This document shows, one piece after another, positions 40,142 through 50,145 of a DNA stretch of 64,000 nucleotides; positions within the stretch are counted from its first letter, which is position 1, and every line of letters starts with the position of its first letter. The stretch is from an uncultured delta proteobacterium (GTDB lineage: Bacteria > Desulfobacterota > RBG-13-43-22). The translations under genes were made by a program, and so were the position numbers. Location of the stretch: NCBI GenBank assembly GCA_963843145.1, contig CAWJJC010000005.1, positions 128,001 to 192,000 of the forward strand, read 5' to 3'. A model generated the notes under the pieces. That model had not been told where the DNA came from. It saw nothing but the letters and a program-made list of their open reading frames with translations, and did no database searches.

Positions 40142-41806
40142 ATGATCTCTAGCCGACATCTTCGCCTATTGTCTTTTGTCCTGCTGTTCTATTGTCTAAT
40201 CCCTCAAATCTCCTGGGGTTCTACTCCCGACACCTCTTTTTGTACCGATCCGGAAAACCTATTAGTCCTTCGGCTTTATTATCAATCGCCGAAGAATCTC
40301 AAAGCCGTCGCCGCCCAATATGATATCTGGGAGGCCCATCCCGAAGAGGGTTTTGTGGTCATCGGCACCCGCTGTGGGGAATTGGAAAAAATCAGCGGTC
40401 AGGGCTGGACGGTGAAAATCGACCCCACCTTGACTCGGGAGACCAGGGCCAGTCTGCTCGGAATTCCCAAATTCCCCTGTTATCGGAGCGTGGAAGAGAC
40501 CTTGGCGGTCCTTAAAAACCTGGCCGCCGACTATCCGGCCTTAACCGACCTCATCACTATCGGCCAGAGTTGGGATAAAAGCACCTCCGAAGGACCTGCA
40601 GGATTCGATTTACAGGCCCTCCGGATAACCAATAAGCAGATACCAGGACCCAAACCGGTTTTTTTCCTGATGGCCGCCATCCATGGCCGTGAATTAACCA
40701 CCTCGGAAACCGCTCTCCGTTTAGCCGAAACCCTGTTGCAACAGTATGGGGTCAACCCTGAGATCACCCTGCTCCTGGATTACCAGGAAATTCAGGTGGT
40801 CCCCCTGATGAACCCCGACGGCCGAAAGTGGGCCGAACAAGGTTATCTTTGGAGGAAAAATACCGATTCCCTCTGGGGGTGTACCTTTCCAAACTTTGGG
40901 GTCGATCTGAATCGCAACCATTCCTTCCACTGGGGAGGCGCCGGCGACGCTCCCTGCGATGAAATCTATCAAGGACCCGCGGCGGCTTCGGAACCGGAGA
41001 CCCAGGCCCTGCAAAATTATGTTCGCCTCCTTTTTCCGGATCAGCGCGGTCCTTTGGATACAGATCCCGCCCCGGTAGACACTGCCGGCATCTTTGTCAC
41101 CCTCCATTCCTACGGCAGATTGGTTCTCTGGCCCTGGGGCTGGACCGATCAATTCCCGGCTCCCAACGACGCTCAACTCCAGGCGATCGGCGTTAAACTG
41201 GCCTCCTTTAATCACTATACCCCCAAGCAATCAAGCCTTCTGTATCCCGCTACCGGGACTTCCGATGACTGGGCTTATGGTGAGATGGGGATAGCCTCTT
41301 TTACCTTTGAAATGGGAACACAATTTTTCCAGGATTGTTCGAGTTTTGAAGCCACTATCTGGCCGGACAACTTGAAAGCCCTGCTTTATGCTTTCAAAAT
41401 CGCCTCCGCACCCTACCGCCTGGCCTACGGCCCGGATGCCTTGTCCCCCCTGGTCAATCCCCCTTGGGGCAAACAGGGGGAACCTCTTGAACTGACCGCC
41501 CTGATCTCCGACCAGCAGATTGGAGGGCTTTCCCTCCAGCAGGCGGAATATTTCATTCTCTCCGAACATCAGGCAAATCCCCCCGGCACTCCCGGGACCG
41601 GACTACCCCTGACGCCAACCGACGGTCAATGGGATAGCCCGATTGAAACGGTCAGGGCCGTCATTGATACCGCCCATCTGGTCCCCGGGAATTACTTGAT
41701 CGCCCTGCGGGGCCAGGATGTGGATGGAAACTGGGGCCCTCTCACCGCGACTTCTTTGCGGATTCGCTATGACTACCAGTTATTTTTCCCCATCTTCTTG
41801 AATTAG
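40142..41806 (+). CDS. Secreted M14 zinc carboxypeptidase (carboxypeptidase T-like) with C-terminal Ig-like domain
   Basis: IHGRE, NPDG, WRKN, GVDLNRN, SEPET, LHSYG, FTFE. Confidence 0.9.
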   Translation: MISSRHLRLLSFVLLFYCLIPQISWGSTPDTSFCTDPENLLVLRLYYQSPKNLKAVAAQYDIWEAHPEEGFVVIGTRCGELEKISGQGWTVKIDPTLTRETRASLLGIPKFPCYRSVEETLAVLKNLAADYPALTDLITIGQSWDKSTSEGPAGFDLQALRITNKQIPGPKPVFFLMAAIHGRELTTSETALRLAETLLQQYGVNPEITLLLDYQEIQVVPLMNPDGRKWAEQGYLWRKNTDSLWGCTFPNFGVDLNRNHSFHWGGAGDAPCDEIYQGPAAASEPETQALQNYVRLLFPDQRGPLDTDPAPVDTAGIFVTLHSYGRLVLWPWGWTDQFPAPNDAQLQAIGVKLASFNHYTPKQSSLLYPATGTSDDWAYGEMGIASFTFEMGTQFFQDCSSFEATIWPDNLKALLYAFKIASAPYRLAYGPDALSPLVNPPWGKQGEPLELTALISDQQIGGLSLQQAEYFILSEHQANPPGTPGTGLPLTPTDGQWDSPIETVRAVIDTAHLVPGNYLIALRGQDVDGNWGPLTATSLRIRYDYQLFFPIFLN

Positions 41807-41931
41807 TCCTCCCCTTGACAGATTCTTTTTGGTGCTTAATTTAAAGATCAGTTAATTGAACCCGCCCAAAACAGGGGGCAACGAGCCGGGTTACTTTTAG
41901 GGTAAACCCGGCTTTTTATTTGGGGATAACC

Positions 41932-43011
41932 ATGATAGCAACGAAAACCTCGACTTTGAAACACGGTTCGGCCCTGGAGAGCCTTATCTCTGAGGATGCT
42001 TTTTCGCGATCGGACGAAACCGATGATCGGGAATTTTACTCCCGGGACCGCTTCGTCTCCCACCTGGATTCCTTAGCCCTGGCCACCGTTGAGAAAATCA
42101 TTGGGGACCTGGTGGTGGAAAAGCAGCCGATCATTTTAGACCTCATGTCCGGTTGGGATTCCCATCTCCCGGAAGGGTTCCAGCCTGCCCGTCTGGTCGG
42201 TCTGGGCTTAAATGAAAATGAACTTCAAATGAACAAAGCCCTGACGGAATACCGCCTTCATGACCTGAACCGGGACCCGATTCTCCCTTTTCCGGATCAG
42301 ACCTTTGATGTGGTGCTCAATACCTTGTCGGTTGATTATTTGACCAACCCACTGCGGATCTTTGAAGAGGTGAACCGGGTGCTGAAACCCGGGGGATTAT
42401 TTCTGGTTATTTTTTCCAATCGGATGTTCCCCGAGAAGGCGGTCAGGATCTGGCGGGAGGCCAACGAAGAAGAGCGAGTTTTTCTGATCCAGGATTTTTT
42501 TAAGGAAGCTTCACATTTTGAAAAACCGGGGCTTTTTGTTTCTAAAGGAAAACCCCGGCCCCAAGACGACAAATACGCTCACTTGGGCATCGCCAGCGAT
42601 CCCATTTACGCAGTCTTCGCCGACAAGGTCGGCGGGGATTCAAATCGAAAAAAAAGGAGAATCACCATGTCGACCGTCAACCGTAAGCTCAGTCCGGAAG
42701 AGTTAAGAGAAATAGAAAAGGAAGTTAAAAATACCCTTTGCTGCCCTTACTGCGGGGAAAAAATGAAAAAATGGGCCGTTCCCGACAATCCCTTTTCTCA
42801 GACCTGGGACAATGATTTTATGTACATCTGCTTCAACGACGCCTGCCCCTATTATGTCCGGGGCTGGGATCACATGGCCCGAGAAGTGCAAAGAAGTGTT
42901 TCCTATCGACTCATGTACAACCCCGAGCGGGATTATTGCCTGCCCATTCCCGTTCCGACGCCCTTTGCCTTAAAGGAGGGAATTGTCGAGCAGGACGAAT
43001 GCGGCAAATAA
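41932..43011 (+). CDS. Class I SAM methyltransferase fused to a C-terminal Cys-rich (zinc-ribbon-like) domain
   Basis: DETDDREFY..RFVSHLD, LDLMSGWDSHLP, SVDYL, FSNRMFP; tail CCPYCG..YICFNDACPYY. Confidence 0.82.
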   Translation: MIATKTSTLKHGSALESLISEDAFSRSDETDDREFYSRDRFVSHLDSLALATVEKIIGDLVVEKQPIILDLMSGWDSHLPEGFQPARLVGLGLNENELQMNKALTEYRLHDLNRDPILPFPDQTFDVVLNTLSVDYLTNPLRIFEEVNRVLKPGGLFLVIFSNRMFPEKAVRIWREANEEERVFLIQDFFKEASHFEKPGLFVSKGKPRPQDDKYAHLGIASDPIYAVFADKVGGDSNRKKRRITMSTVNRKLSPEELREIEKEVKNTLCCPYCGEKMKKWAVPDNPFSQTWDNDFMYICFNDACPYYVRGWDHMAREVQRSVSYRLMYNPERDYCLPIPVPTPFALKEGIVEQDECGK

Positions 43012-43143
43012 TTCTTCCGCTGGATGGAGAGTGTGAGGGTCGCTGATAGGTTGAACGTCGAACATCGAACGTCCAACATCGAATGTTGAATGGCGGTTAA
43101 TATTTCATTCGAGGTTGGGCGTTCGATGTTTAATGTTCGATGT

Positions 43144-44166
43144 TCATTTTTCTTTCAAGCTCGGGTCCAGGATTTCTATCTTGGCCTTCTGGCGCAGATT
43201 GTGGACATATTCATTAACGGTCTTTTGAAATTTCTCATTTTTCACCTGGGCCTCGACCTGTCGGCGAACCTCCTCCAGGGGAGTCACCCCCGCGGGCTTT
43301 TTCCCGTAAACCTGGATTAGATGAAAACCGAACTGGGTTTCCACTACGGGACTGATCTCCCCTTCCTTTAAGGCTAAGGCCGCCTTTTCAAAAGCCGGGA
43401 CCATCCGTCCCTTTTCAAAGTACCCTAAATCTCCGCCCCGGGCCTTACTCGGGTCCTCGGAATACGTCTTGGCTAATTCGGAGAAATCCTTGCCGGCCTG
43501 GGCCTCCTTAAGCACGGATTCTATTTTTTCCTTGGCCAGCTTCTTTTGTTCCTCGGTGGCCTCCTTGGGCACGCGAATCAATATGTGACGCGCCCCAATA
43601 AGTTCTCCATGGCGATACCGCTCCGGATTGGCCTGGTAAGCCGCTTCCAATTCCGCGTCGGAGACTTTCACCAGCGGCTGGATTTTCTGGTTGATGACGG
43701 CCCGGACATAAATGTTCTTTTTGATATTGTCCCTGGCCTGGTCCTTCGTCAGCCCCTCTTTGGCTAATTGCTCCTCGAATTTCTCTTTGGAACCGGCCTG
43801 TTTTTCAGCCGCAGCCCACATGGCCTCCACTTGCGAGTTCACTTCGGGAAGGTTCAGGGCTTTCCCTTCCTGGTAAAGTAACTCCACGGCTACGAATTGA
43901 TCCAAGGCCTTGCGGCGAAGCGTTTCCGGCCCCTCTTTATCCGCTTCTTTATCTCCAAACTGGCGGCGCATCTCCCGGATGGTCATCTGCAGGTCCCGGT
44001 CATAGATTTTCGTGCCCTCAACCACTGCCACCGGTGCATCGGCTTTGGCCGCTACCACTTTTTCCTTGGTGGCGGAAGGGGGCTCCTGCGCCCAAACCGT
44101 AAAAGCGATCAAGATGCTTAGAATCCAGGATGCAACCCAAACCAGGCCTTGTTCTTTTCTTGGCAT
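43144..44166 (-). CDS. PpiC/PrsA-type peptidyl-prolyl isomerase
   Basis: ARHILI, FSELAKTYSED, GGDLG, MVPAFE, TQFGFHLI. Confidence 0.9.
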   Translation of the reverse strand: MPRKEQGLVWVASWILSILIAFTVWAQEPPSATKEKVVAAKADAPVAVVEGTKIYDRDLQMTIREMRRQFGDKEADKEGPETLRRKALDQFVAVELLYQEGKALNLPEVNSQVEAMWAAAEKQAGSKEKFEEQLAKEGLTKDQARDNIKKNIYVRAVINQKIQPLVKVSDAELEAAYQANPERYRHGELIGARHILIRVPKEATEEQKKLAKEKIESVLKEAQAGKDFSELAKTYSEDPSKARGGDLGYFEKGRMVPAFEKAALALKEGEISPVVETQFGFHLIQVYGKKPAGVTPLEEVRRQVEAQVKNEKFQKTVNEYVHNLRQKAKIEILDPSLKEK

Positions 44167-44338
44167 AACCGATCTCCATTCCACGATTTCTTTGCCGGGC
44201 TGTAATTCACCCGAATGGTTATTATAGCCCAATCCGGCGGCAAAAAAAACCTTATTTACAAAACAGATTCAATTGTGTTATTAGGATCAACAACTACTAA
44301 TTGATTGACTGTCGACCCCAATCAAACGGTCACCCAAA

Positions 44339-44534
44339 TTAGTATGCAAATAAGAATCCACCACCACTTTTTAGACCTTTTCCCTGAGTAGTCATACCGG
44401 ACTTGATCCGGTATCCAGGCCCTCCGGAGCTTATCCGAGGCTGGATTCCGGATCACGCTTCGCTTGTCCGGAGCGACGAATTTTGGTCAAGCCTAATTTC
44501 CATGCACCGGGATGCCCGCCCCAGGCATGGGGGT
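44339..44534 (-). mobile_element. Shell repeat copy J (reversed)
   Basis: Reverse left end CCCCCATGCCTGGGGCGGGCATCCCGGTGCATGGAAAT; cargo related to copy C. Confidence 0.72.
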
Positions 44535-45013
44535 ATAATTCGAAAATAAAGCGAAAACTTGGCATATTTTCAGCCGAGTGTTTAAGATTCCCGAGATCAA
44601 ATTCGAAGATCAGCGCTCTGGTCCTTTGATGAACTCAAGACTTTCCGGAATTTAATCATTCAAAGAACAGGCCGACTAACGACTCCCCAAGGAAAATTGA
44701 CGCTGGCCATGAGTGCCAATAAGGCCGTCCAAAAGGATTTCCTTGGCTGGAGAGGTGTTTCCTGAAAATGGGCTTTCTGGTCAATTACAGGAGGAACTGG
44801 TCTTCTTCGGTCAGCCCAAAGAGAATCCCAAATAACTTTAAAGTTTTTCTTTGTGAGATCAGATGTTCCCTTCGCTTTTGATAAGTATATTTTCTTGTTT
44901 CCCATTTTATCGCTGGATTACGGTGTAAACAAAAGTTCCGCAGAGCAGTTTACTTGAACAGGGTGTATAGTCTGTTCCCGATACATGCATAGGTCTCAGG
45001 GCAGGAGAACAGC

Positions 45014-47269
45014 ATGACCGCCATCCGAACTTTTTTCCGCGATTTGCCCATTAGTTCAAAGCTGTTAGGTGCTTACGCCTCAGTTTTCATCATCACCCTG
45101 CTCATAGGCAGCGTTTTCCTCTATTCCCTGGTACGCCATACTATTGAGAGAAATATTGAAAGCGAGCTGAACAATACCACCACCATCATCCTGAGCATGG
45201 TTCGCACAGCGGCCAAAACATCCATCAAAAACCACTTACGGGCGGCTGCCGCCCAGAATCACAAAATCGTTTCCTGGATTCATAAAAAACAGCTCGACGG
45301 GGATTTAACCGAAGCCGAAGCCAAATTCCAGGCGCGTGAGTTGTTACTGAGTCAGACCGTTGGCAAAACCGGCTACATCTATGTCATCAACAGCAACGGA
45401 CTGGCCGAAATACACCCCAACGCTGGGGTTGAAGGAAAAAATTTCCGTCATGTTTCCTTTGTCCGGGAACAGATCGACCGTAAGGAAGGCTATCTGGAGT
45501 ACGAATGGCAGAATCCGGGGGAAGACTCTCCAAAACCCAAATCTCTCTATATGATTTACTTTGCGCCCTGGGACTGGATTATCTCGGTCACATCCTACCG
45601 AGAGGAGTTTGCGGAATTGATTGCGGTGGATGATTTTCGAGATAGTATTCTGGCCCTGCGCTTCGGTAAAACCGGGTACTCCTTTGTATTGGACAGCAAA
45701 GGCAATTTGATTCTTCACCCCGTGTTGAAGGGCAATGCTTACAACTTTATCGATGCAGAAGGTAACCGGTTTGTCCGTACGATCTGCACCCAAAAGAAAG
45801 GCAAACTGATCTACTCATGGAAAAATCCGGAGGAAACGGAATTCAGGGATAAACTGGTGATTTTCAATTATATCCCGGAATATGACTGGATCGTGGCCTC
45901 TTCCTGCTATCTGGAAGAATCCTATGCCGCGCTTCGTGACGTCCGTACCGTGGTATTGGCTACCATAGCGGCGACGTTTTTATTGGCCCTGCCCATCACC
46001 TGGCTCATGAGCGTCTATATTGTAAGACCATTGAAACGGTTGATGGTTTGCTTCAGAAAAGCCGGCACCGGAAACCTGAACGTGCGCATGGAAGACACCG
46101 CCCGGGATGAAGTCGGTGAACTGACAGGATATTTTAACACCTTCATGGAAGAACTTCAAAAGTCAAACGAAAAGCTGGTCGCCGAGGTGAGGGAACGCAA
46201 ACAGGCCGAGGACCAGTTGCGGGTCAGCGAGAAAAAGTATCGGACTATTCTTGAGCGAATGGAAGAGGGCTATTTCGAGGTGGATAAAGAAGGAAATTTT
46301 ACCTTTTTCAATGATGCTTTTTTGGCCATTCTTTGCTACTCTGAAAAGGAACTTATCCATTTGAGCATGAGGGAAATCGCGGAAGCCAAATCGGCTGCTC
46401 GACTCACCCAAACCCTAAAAGAAATAAGGGTTACGGGGAATCCCATCAAAACCGTCGACTGTAAGCTGATTAAAGGAGATGGTTCCTTCTGCGACATTGA
46501 GACATCCATTTCTCTAATAGAAGACTCCCAGTGCGCTGAAGTTGGATTTCGGGGGGTTTTGAAAGATGTAACGGAGAAGAAAAGAGCGGAGAAAGCCTCC
46601 CGACGTCTGGAGAGGGAAATTCTGGACATCAGCGAAAGAGAACATCAGAAAATCGGTCGAAATCTCCATGATGACCTTTGCCCGCATCTGTTGGGTATCG
46701 AGGTGCTGACTGCGGTTCTCAAACAAAAACTCGAAGAGAAATCGATACCTGAGGCCCAAAACGCGAAAAAGATTCAAACACTGATACAGGATTCCATCAG
46801 AAAGTTGAAACGTCTGTCAAAGGGATTATATCCGGTGGATCTGCCGGATCACGGCTTTGATTCCGCTCTGGCGGACTTAGCGTTTCTTACCCAGGATATC
46901 TTCGGAGTGGCATGCCGTTTTAGCTGTGAAATACCGGTCAGTATCGCTGACAACACCGTAGCCATGCATGCTTACTACATCGTCCATGAAGGCATTCACA
47001 ATGCGATCAAGCACGCCAAGGCGGAGAATATCTTTGTCTCTTTAAGCGCGCAACATGGCAAAGTCAAATTGGAAATAAAAGATGACGGTTTGGGAATCGA
47101 AAAGGAGGACAACAACCGGGGCATGGGGTTGCGGATCATGAACTACCGGGCAAGGCGAATCGGCGCCGATCTCAACATAATGAAGGACGTGAATGGCGGT
47201 ACGGTATTGACCCTGGTATTGGCTGCGGACAGTTTAGGGAATAAGAAACAAGGCCTGGGTAATGGCTGA
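45014..47269 (+). CDS. Cache-HAMP-PAS sensor histidine kinase (HisKA_3)
   Basis: Two TM segments around a double Cache region (GKTGY..., YEWQNP/YSWKNP), HAMP, IGRNLHDDL, HNAIKH, DDGLG. Confidence 0.9.
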   Translation: MTAIRTFFRDLPISSKLLGAYASVFIITLLIGSVFLYSLVRHTIERNIESELNNTTTIILSMVRTAAKTSIKNHLRAAAAQNHKIVSWIHKKQLDGDLTEAEAKFQARELLLSQTVGKTGYIYVINSNGLAEIHPNAGVEGKNFRHVSFVREQIDRKEGYLEYEWQNPGEDSPKPKSLYMIYFAPWDWIISVTSYREEFAELIAVDDFRDSILALRFGKTGYSFVLDSKGNLILHPVLKGNAYNFIDAEGNRFVRTICTQKKGKLIYSWKNPEETEFRDKLVIFNYIPEYDWIVASSCYLEESYAALRDVRTVVLATIAATFLLALPITWLMSVYIVRPLKRLMVCFRKAGTGNLNVRMEDTARDEVGELTGYFNTFMEELQKSNEKLVAEVRERKQAEDQLRVSEKKYRTILERMEEGYFEVDKEGNFTFFNDAFLAILCYSEKELIHLSMREIAEAKSAARLTQTLKEIRVTGNPIKTVDCKLIKGDGSFCDIETSISLIEDSQCAEVGFRGVLKDVTEKKRAEKASRRLEREILDISEREHQKIGRNLHDDLCPHLLGIEVLTAVLKQKLEEKSIPEAQNAKKIQTLIQDSIRKLKRLSKGLYPVDLPDHGFDSALADLAFLTQDIFGVACRFSCEIPVSIADNTVAMHAYYIVHEGIHNAIKHAKAENIFVSLSAQHGKVKLEIKDDGLGIEKEDNNRGMGLRIMNYRARRIGADLNIMKDVNGGTVLTLVLAADSLGNKKQGLGNG

Positions 47270-47927
47270 AGAAAAAATACGCGTTTTGATTGTTGAAGAT
47301 CATCCCATTTTCCGAATGGGACTTAAAGAATTGATTAACGCACAAAAAGATATGGAAGTGTGTGGCGAAGCCGATGATGTGAATGTGGCAAGGCGGGCCG
47401 TTGGGGAGCATCCGCCTGATATGATTATTTTGGATTTGGCCCTGAAAAGCAGCAGCGGGATAGAACTGATAAAAGAACTCGGTGCTCGAAAACAAGACAT
47501 TCCGGTATTGGTTCTGTCCATGCATGACGAATCGGTTCATGCCGAGCGTTGCATTTCAGCCGGCGCCAAGGGTTATATCATGAAACAGGAAGCCACGGTA
47601 TCCGTGGTAAAGGCGATTCGTCACATTTTAAACGGCAATTGTTATGTCAGCGAACAAATCATGACCCGGTTGCTAAATAGAATGCGTCGCCCGGACGAAC
47701 CTTTGCTCAGATCCCCTATCGGCAATCTGACGGATCGCGAGATAGAGATATTTCAATTAATCGGTAAAGGACATTCCCCAAGCAAAATTGCACAACAGTT
47801 GCATTTGAGTGTGAAGACCGTAGGCACCCATAAGGAACGGATCAAGGAAAAACTGAACATCACAGACGGCGGCGAATTGGTCAGATTTGCCGTTTTGTCG
47901 AATGAAAACGAGAACGAGGATAGGTAA
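47262..47927 (+). CDS. NarL/LuxR-family response regulator
   Basis: VEDHPIFR, LSMHDE, LTDREIEIFQLIGKG, SVKTV. Confidence 0.92.
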   Translation: MAEEKIRVLIVEDHPIFRMGLKELINAQKDMEVCGEADDVNVARRAVGEHPPDMIILDLALKSSSGIELIKELGARKQDIPVLVLSMHDESVHAERCISAGAKGYIMKQEATVSVVKAIRHILNGNCYVSEQIMTRLLNRMRRPDEPLLRSPIGNLTDREIEIFQLIGKGHSPSKIAQQLHLSVKTVGTHKERIKEKLNITDGGELVRFAVLSNENENEDR

Positions 47928-47939
47928 CTTACCTATCCT
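47917..47939. promoter_or_regulatory. Perfect dyad, candidate operator
   Basis: AGGATAGGTAA-C-TTACCTATCCT; related ATAGG-N6-CCTAT at 48009-48024. Confidence 0.45.
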
Positions 47940-48472
47940 AATTTGAATAAATTGCCTATCGCAAATTCATTAATTTCCCTATATACTTTCCCGGCGTTTT
48001 TGATGATGATAGGTCATCTCCTATGGAAGAGGATCTTGTTAATCGGGCTGACGGCTTAGTTGTCGGGTGGCAAACGGACTTTTTCAATTAACAAGACCTA
48101 AAATCGGCTTGCCGCATCTATCGTCACTCCTGGCTAAAGCCGGAGTCCAGAAAAACTCTGGGTTCCGGATCAAGCCCGTCATGACATCGCAGGGAGGCCA
48201 TTGATATCCATCGGCTTCTGGCCGGATAGCTGATTAAACATTGTGAATTTATAAATATTTTTCCTGAGTTGTCAGGCTATTATGTTCTCTATTGCTGATT
48301 TTCTCTACAGATCGGATATAGGGAAACAAGCGGAGATTTAAGTGAAAGACTGCTCGTAAAGGCCTGAATAAAAGATCAACTCCGGTAACAAATTTAAATT
48401 AATTCACAATTATCTCGGAGTTATGCTATAGAACACCTGTTTAGGTTAAGGTTTTTTAATGTGGTTTGAAAG

Positions 48473-49780
48473 TTGAAAAGATTGACCAAAGAGGCCGTTT
48501 TGAAAGATCGAATCTCCGGATATTTCGACCCTCAGTGGGAAACCCGACCTATTGAGGGAAAACGACCCGTAATAGAAAAACGCCTTCGTCAGACCCTTCT
48601 ATCTGCTTATGCCCAGGCCCCGGCCATAAAACATAAGTTCGATCTGGTGGGATTGCGTCCTGAAGAGATCCGGACGGAAAAAGATCTGGAACGGATCCCT
48701 ATTACTAAAAAAGTCGAACTGGTTGGCATCCAGAAAGCAAACCCTCCATTCGGCGGCTTGTTGACCCTTGCTCCCAACCAACTGAAACGAATTTTTGTTT
48801 CCCCCGGACCAATCTTTGATCCCATGAAAACAGGAGCGGCCGATTCCCGTTGCTGCAAGTGTCTCTTTGCCGCCGGGATCCGGCCGGGCGATCTGGTCCA
48901 GAATACTTTCCTTTATCATTTCACTCCCTTTGGATTATATTTTGATGATGCCCTGGTGGAGATGGGCTGCACCGTGATCCCGGCCGGGGTGGGCAACACC
49001 GAACTTCAGGCTCAGGTCATGCAGGCCCTGAAGGTGAACGGCTATATCGGGACCCCCAGTTTCCTGAAAGCCGTCCTGGACAAAGTCGAGGAATTGGGAT
49101 TTGATCCCCGGGAGGATCTGGATTTAAAGGTGGCGGTGGTGGGGGCCGAAATGCTGGCTGAATCCCTCCGGTCCGAGATTGAATCCCGGATCGACCTGAA
49201 AGTCCGCCAAGCCTACGGCACGGCCGACGTGGGCCTGATCGGCCATGAATGCCCGGAGAAGAATGGGTATCACCTTTTCGATATGGAAATGTTCTTTGAG
49301 GTGGTGGACCCCTCCACCGGACGACAAACCCCGCCCGGGGAAATCGGAGAGCTGGTGGTCACCAGCTTTAACCCGGTCTATCCCCTGATCCGCTTCGGTA
49401 CCGGAGATTTGACCGCCAGCGATGATTCCCGCTGCCCCTGCGGCAGGACAGCCCCCCGCCTGAAAGGGCTTTATGGCCGGGTGGATCAAGTCACCAAAGT
49501 CCGGGCCATGTTCATCCATCCCAGCCAGGTGGATCAGGTCATTGGTCGGAATCCTGAAGTATCCCGGGGCCGAATAATCGTGACCCAGCAAAACCATCAG
49601 GATGAAATGAACTTCCAGATTGAACTGAAGGACGATTTGATAGAAGCGGAGCCGCTGCTTAAAAAAATGCGGGAAGATATCCGGGAAATCATGCGGCTCC
49701 GGGGGGAAGTAATGATTGTCCCTCGAGGAGCCATCCCGGCCGACGCCAAAAAGATAGAAGACCGGCGAAACTGGGATTGA
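48473..49780 (+). CDS. Phenylacetate-CoA ligase-like (PaaK family) protein
   Basis: PITKK, SPGPIFDP, IGTPSFL, QAYGTADVG, RFGTGDL, GRVD. Confidence 0.82.
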   Translation: MKRLTKEAVLKDRISGYFDPQWETRPIEGKRPVIEKRLRQTLLSAYAQAPAIKHKFDLVGLRPEEIRTEKDLERIPITKKVELVGIQKANPPFGGLLTLAPNQLKRIFVSPGPIFDPMKTGAADSRCCKCLFAAGIRPGDLVQNTFLYHFTPFGLYFDDALVEMGCTVIPAGVGNTELQAQVMQALKVNGYIGTPSFLKAVLDKVEELGFDPREDLDLKVAVVGAEMLAESLRSEIESRIDLKVRQAYGTADVGLIGHECPEKNGYHLFDMEMFFEVVDPSTGRQTPPGEIGELVVTSFNPVYPLIRFGTGDLTASDDSRCPCGRTAPRLKGLYGRVDQVTKVRAMFIHPSQVDQVIGRNPEVSRGRIIVTQQNHQDEMNFQIELKDDLIEAEPLLKKMREDIREIMRLRGEVMIVPRGAIPADAKKIEDRRNWD

Positions 49781-49783
49781 GGG

Positions 49784-50114
49784 TTAATATAAAAAAAAGG
49801 CGTTGCGGGTTGCAGGTTCAAAAAAACCGATACTGGATACTGGATACTGGATAAAAGATGGTCATTCCTTTACTTCCCCTCCCCCACGTGGGAGGGGACT
49901 GAGGGGTGGGGAGACTTGGAATTTTCAAGTAGGGGCGGCGACCCCGCCGCCCAACCCGGGGCCGGATTTAGCCACCGTCGCCGTAAGCTTACCTTGGACG
50001 TGCAGGGAACTTTATCCCTCACCAAGCCCGCCGGCGGGGTCGCCGGCCCTACGATAAACGAAAACTTGGGATAATTTCATGATTCGCGGGTGCTCGCCCC
50101 GGGCATAGGGGTTT
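49784..50114 (-). mobile_element. Shell repeat copy K (reversed) with GTAG-type REP pair cargo
   Basis: Reverse left end CCCCTATGCCCGGGGCGAGCACCCGCGAATCATGAAAT; GTAGGGGCGGCGACCCCGCCGCCC...GCCGGCGGGGTCGCCGGCCCTAC. Confidence 0.7.
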
Positions 50115-50145
50115 ATTATCCAAATCAAGGGAAGGAGATAAAGTC

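Noticed and set aside
44660-44905. 81-aa minus-strand ORF
   Set aside because: No recognisable motif or clear RBS; cannot be supported, though not excluded.
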